64,000 nucleotides of DNA from the human T2T-CHM13v2.0 reference genome, Homo sapiens. Shown in pieces: positions 59,028-64,000 of this stretch. The translations under genes were made by a program, and so were the position numbers. The notes under the pieces were generated by a model. The model saw only the letters and a list, made by a program, of their open reading frames with translations. It made no database searches and was not told where the DNA came from. The stretch's first letter is position 1. Every line of letters starts with the position of its first letter. The stretch is taken from assembly GCF_009914755.1 (NCBI RefSeq), contig NC_060939.1, one strand, 5' to 3'.

Positions 59028-60130
59028 GTTAGTGATTCAATAGCCATTTTACGTGTTTAGGAACGGAAAAGAAAGAGCATTGAGGTAGGATCGGAGGCCT
59101 GAATTTGGACTCTGGCTCAGCCACTAATTCTCCTGGGTGGCCTCAGACAAGTCAGGTCCTCACTCTGGTCTGAGTTTCCTGCTCTGTAAATTAAAAGGTT
59201 GGACAAGACGATCACTAGAGTCCCTTCCACCTGTAAAATTCATCATTCTATGGATTTAATATTGATTTAGATGGTGTTATTACCTATTAAAATGATCATT
59301 GTGTTTATGTGATAGCATTAGAATTTATTAAGTTTCTGAGCAGATCATTTTTGATATATTATTCTGGTAGCATTTTAAAAATTTATTTCAATACCCTATT
59401 ATAAGGAAATATGAAGCCAGAATTAATGTAATTAGTGTTTAAACTATGCATGTTTTAGTCTAAACTCTAGTCTTGTGAAACCAGTGGATTTTGTTTTTAA
59501 GCAAAGGATTTCATCTTTATCTCAGTATCTCTAGCACCTAGAACCATATCCAGCATTTTGTAGATACTAAGTGTAGATTGAGTGAATAAGAAAATGAAAG
59601 AATAAGCAAGCGAGTGACCAAATACTGAATGTCCTAAGTGTAACCATCTCTACTGTTCCCTGCTATTTAATTTAATTGACCAAAGTGTTAAAAAATGCCT
59701 AAGTGGATCCCTTTCCTATCTCAAATATAACTTAGTGAGACGGTCTTTAATTATTCCTTATCTCGCCTTCTATCTGTTGTCTGGAATTTTTAGGACCCAA
59801 AGCTGGTTCCCAAAGGTTCTTCTGCCACCTGGAAATTCAAAGTCCTCCAGCTTCTAGCTACTGCATCTTCTGTCTGCTGGTGGTAGATAACCTGAGATCA
59901 TTATAAATCTCTGGATTTGTTAAGCTTCTCACAACTTTCCTGGTTATAAACCATTGTTCAGCAATCTTTGTGACATATGCTTTCTAGTTAGCTTATGTAA
60001 TATTTACTTCCTGGGAATACTGAATAACACCAGCAGAGTGTTCCCATTTCTTGCTTTAATACCATCTTATATTCTTCCTGAACCAAATTAGGATGAATGA
60101 AATAGTGAATGAATGAATGAATCGATATAT

Positions 60131-60137
60131 CTGTCTG

Positions 60138-60178
<41 letters not shown>

Positions 60179-60197
60179 TTATCTATCTATCTGTCTG
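60131..60197 (+). repeat. (TCTA)n/(TCTG)n tetranucleotide STR preceded by (GAAT)n
   Basis: About 12 TCTA units with one TTTA interruption. Confidence 0.92.
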
Positions 60198-62090
60198 CTC
60201 TGCTTTAGCAATAGAGACAATAAAAAAATGCCACAAAATAAAAGTAAATGTAGAATTTTGGCAACTTCATCCAGAAAAAAAATCACATTTTCATTTCTAA
60301 ATTATCTTCATGAGAACACATGGCCTACTGTCATATTAGGGATTAATAAATTAATCGGCATATATTTATTGAGTACTTGCAATATGTCTGGTATTGTGCA
60401 AGATACTATGAATGTCAGGAAGCCACAAGCCACAGAAATATAAATACAGTGTCTATATTTTTTTAGGTGTTTCTGATGCCCTTAAATGTTGTTTTAGCCT
60501 CACCCCAGATCTACACAGGTCCAGAATGAGGTGAAAGACTAATAACATGCAGAAGAGAGAATCATTTTGAAAAATGAACTTCAAACTTTCCTACTTTTTC
60601 TTGAATACCTGGCTAAATCCAAAAAAGAAAGCTTTGCCCCACCCCTCCAAATGGTTAAGAATACAAGTTTTACATTACATAGACCAAATTTCAGTTTGGC
60701 TCTGTGACTTGAGGCAAATTGCTCTCTGATCTTAGAAGAAACTCTGAACTCTATGAACAAGGTGTGCTTGATCTGGCCCTCACCTACATCTCCATTTCTC
60801 ATCTCACTCAGCTCTCTCTATACTTAGCCACCTAGGCCTTCGCTCTCATCTCTCATCTTTATCAGGCCAAGCACATTTGCAGATCAGGCTTTCACAAGTG
60901 CCTTTTCCTCTGCCAGTAAAGGTCACTTCCTCAAGCACCTGTCCTTTTCCTTCAGAGATTATCACAATTTATCATAATATATTTATTTTAAATCTATTTA
61001 ATATCTTCTTTACCACTTGAGGCTCCATGAGGTCTTTTTGGTTCACCACTGCATCCCCAGCCCCCAGAATAGTTGTTGACACATAATAGGCACTTTATTA
61101 GTTAAACGAATGACAGAATGAATGAACTTCCAATTCTTAATCTATTCAACAGGAAAGTAAGGGTGGATTTAATAAAACATGGTGTTTTATTAAACATGGA
61201 TGAGGATTTAATAAAACAATGGTGTTAAAGGATAACTTTCAAAAACAGCTAAAATCATGACTCTCATACAAACATAAAATGAACACAGGTCAAAGATTTT
61301 TATTTAATTCATCAGTTAACAACCAGTTCAAAAGAAAATCCAAAGAATGGACACATTTGTAGATCAAGAATACTGAAGTAAATTTGCAAATAAATGCAAA
61401 ATTGGATTTCCCATGAGGAGAATTCCCCTTCACCAGACAGAATTTATTTTCATGTCTATAGATAAGAATTATTTGCATTATGATCAGTTATTTACAAAGT
61501 AACCTCAATATCTACAGAGTTGTAAGTAGCCTAATCAAAGGCTAGGCTCAGATATTCACTGGAGACTTCAGGACTCTATTAAAAGGATATCCAGTGATCC
61601 CATTTGCTTATTCTAAAACTTAAAAAAATTCTTACAATCTTCTCCCCTTTTGACGAAAACAATCTCAAAAACCAAAAATTCACAGAATAAGGCTGGTCTC
61701 AGTAGGTTTGGCCTGATAATTTACATAGGTGGGGCAAGAATGTTCATTTACCATATAAGCCACCTTACATTTGCTTTGTTGGAAGTTTTTGTAGAGAATC
61801 TCAGCCTGAATAAAATCCCCTATTATTTGCTATCCCAAGACTAGAAAATCAAGCCCAAGAAACTCTGTTCATCAGATTTCAACTGCAGGACCTATAAATT
61901 TGGGTAAATTTCTCTCTTCTAGAAGTCCTCCAAATATCCTAAAGTTCTTAGGGCTATAGCATGTGACCTTCCTTACCACCTATAAGGCTGAAAATCATGT
62001 AAGCCATATACCAGGCTAGTTTTTCTGGGAGGACTTTGTAAGCATTGGCTCTATAACGCATCAACCTTGATTCTTTAAAAGTGACTCGTC

Positions 62091-62400
62091 GGCCAGCACA
62101 TTGGTTCACACCTGTAATCCCAGCACTTTGGGAGGCCAAGGCGAGCAGATCACCTGAGGTGAGGAGTTCAAAACCAGCCTGGCCAACATGGCAAAACCTC
62201 ATCTCTACTAAAAATACAAAAATTAGCCAGGTGTGATGGCGGGCACCTGTAATCCCAGCTACTCTGGAGGCTGAGGCATGAGAATTGCTTGAACCCGGGA
62301 GGCAGAGGTACAGTGAATCAAGATCGTGACACTGCACTCCAGCCTGGGCAACAGAGAGATACTCCATCTCAAAAAAAAAAAAAAACAAAAAAAAAAAAAA
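62091..62400 (+). mobile_element. AluSx inside the ERV internal region
   Basis: Full dimer. Confidence 0.92.
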
Positions 62401-62862
62401 CAGTAACTTGTCATACCTGATTAAATAAACATTATTCTCAAATATAAAATTCTAGGCAAGGCCTTGGTTGAATAGTGATTTTTCTAGTTATGTCTTAGTA
62501 CAAAGAGAGCAGCACTGAAACTACATAAATTACTATATTGCCATGAAAAGTAGAGACTCAATCAGAGTTTCTGAATTTGGGAGGTCCAGGGAGCACATTC
62601 AAAGTATTACAAGTTTGATTTCTTTATTTTCTGGTAATTTTATGAATATTCAATTTATATAAACACTTATTTATCTCTACAAGCCAATCAGAACAGAATT
62701 CCTTTATGATCTAATTTATTAATGCCATCTGGAGACAGGAAAACATTCTGCACTCACAATGGGAGATAAGGAACTTCCTGAATTACAGATACAAAGACAT
62801 ACAGATAGAGTGTATATCCTCAATTCTACCATTTCAGCCGCAGATAGAGAATAAACACAAGT

Positions 62863-63165
<303 letters not shown>

Positions 63166-63914
63166 AAAAAGAGAGAGAAAATAAACACAGAAACACAAAA
63201 AAGCTTACCAGTCCAGATATCAAAGAGTTGTTCTCCTTCCTTGTGAACAAGAAATTCCTAATTTGAGCTCAAAATAGACAGATGGACAAAAACTAACAAA
63301 CTGTATTCTCTATAAGACATTAGATCATTTCCAGAGATCACCAAATTCCCAATCATGGCAGCTGCCAACAGGGAATAACTTGCCATCCATAAATGAACTA
63401 AAAAGAAAAACAAATTAATAGAGAGTAAAATTAAAATTAGAAAAACAAGAAACTTTAAATTAACCTGTGGGGGCCAAGAAAAATCATGCCTGGGCTTGGC
63501 TTCCTGTGAGATACATCATTTCTGATTACTTCAGGTGACCGTTTTGCTCATCTCAGTGGGATCTCCAAAATGTTAAAGGATGATTTTTTTTAAAAGTAAA
63601 GTTATGACTCTTATATAAATATAAAATGAACACATGTCAAAGATTTTATTAGCTTATTAATTAAGTGAGGGAGCTAGTAAGATGTTACAGTAAATTCAAA
63701 GGACAATCCAAATAGACACATTTATAAATCGAGAATATTTAAATAAATTTGCAAATGGATGCAAAACTGGCTTTTCAGGGAGTGGTCCTTCCATGTGTAA
63801 GAATTTAAATTTGCATGTGTATAAACAATAATTAGTGACATTCTTATCAGATTTCTACAAATGAACCTTAATCTTTACAGAATTATAAAATGGACAATTA
63901 AAAACAAAGATGCA

Positions 63915-64000
63915 GAGTGGCTCACACCTGGCACAGTGGCTCACACCTATAATCTCAGCACCTTGGGAGGCCAAGGCAGGAAGATTGCTTGAAACCGGGA
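63915..64000 (+). mobile_element. Start of an Alu, cut by the window edge
   Basis: gcacagtggctcacacctataatctcagcaccttgggaggccaaggc, with a duplicated 5' motif. Confidence 0.8.

Overview
Human or close-primate genomic DNA. I recognise it as part of IQCH (IQ motif containing H) on the + strand, from recalled protein sequence rather than a database search. It holds the coding exon for (W)[11 protein letters not shown]...VFPRAK (1317-1434), a ~57.5-kb intron and the next exon [10 protein letters not shown]...ADAHK(G) (58907-59027). Inside that intron are an in-frame 117-nt exon (26269-26385) and an alternative terminal exon (from 28759), which also carries a hidden 10/13-nt micro-exon. None of these exons appears in the supplied ORF track. 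The rest is mostly repeats: ~20 Alus, several nested L1s, L2/MIR, MaLR and ERV1 LTRs, a degenerate two-LTR provirus and DNA-transposon fossils. The most unusual object is a ~2.1-kb retro-insertion (47282-49373) with a TSD, poly(A) and AATAAA. It contains an inverted L1PA 3' fragment with ~17 strand-specific A>G changes, none preceded by G, which resembles an ADAR or Pol-eta hypermutation fixed in the germline. Other notable items are a chimeric L1PA/L1MA element, a 120-bp locally templated insertion, several template-switch scars and closely spaced inverted Alu pairs. Repeat subfamily names and boundaries are by eye and approximate.
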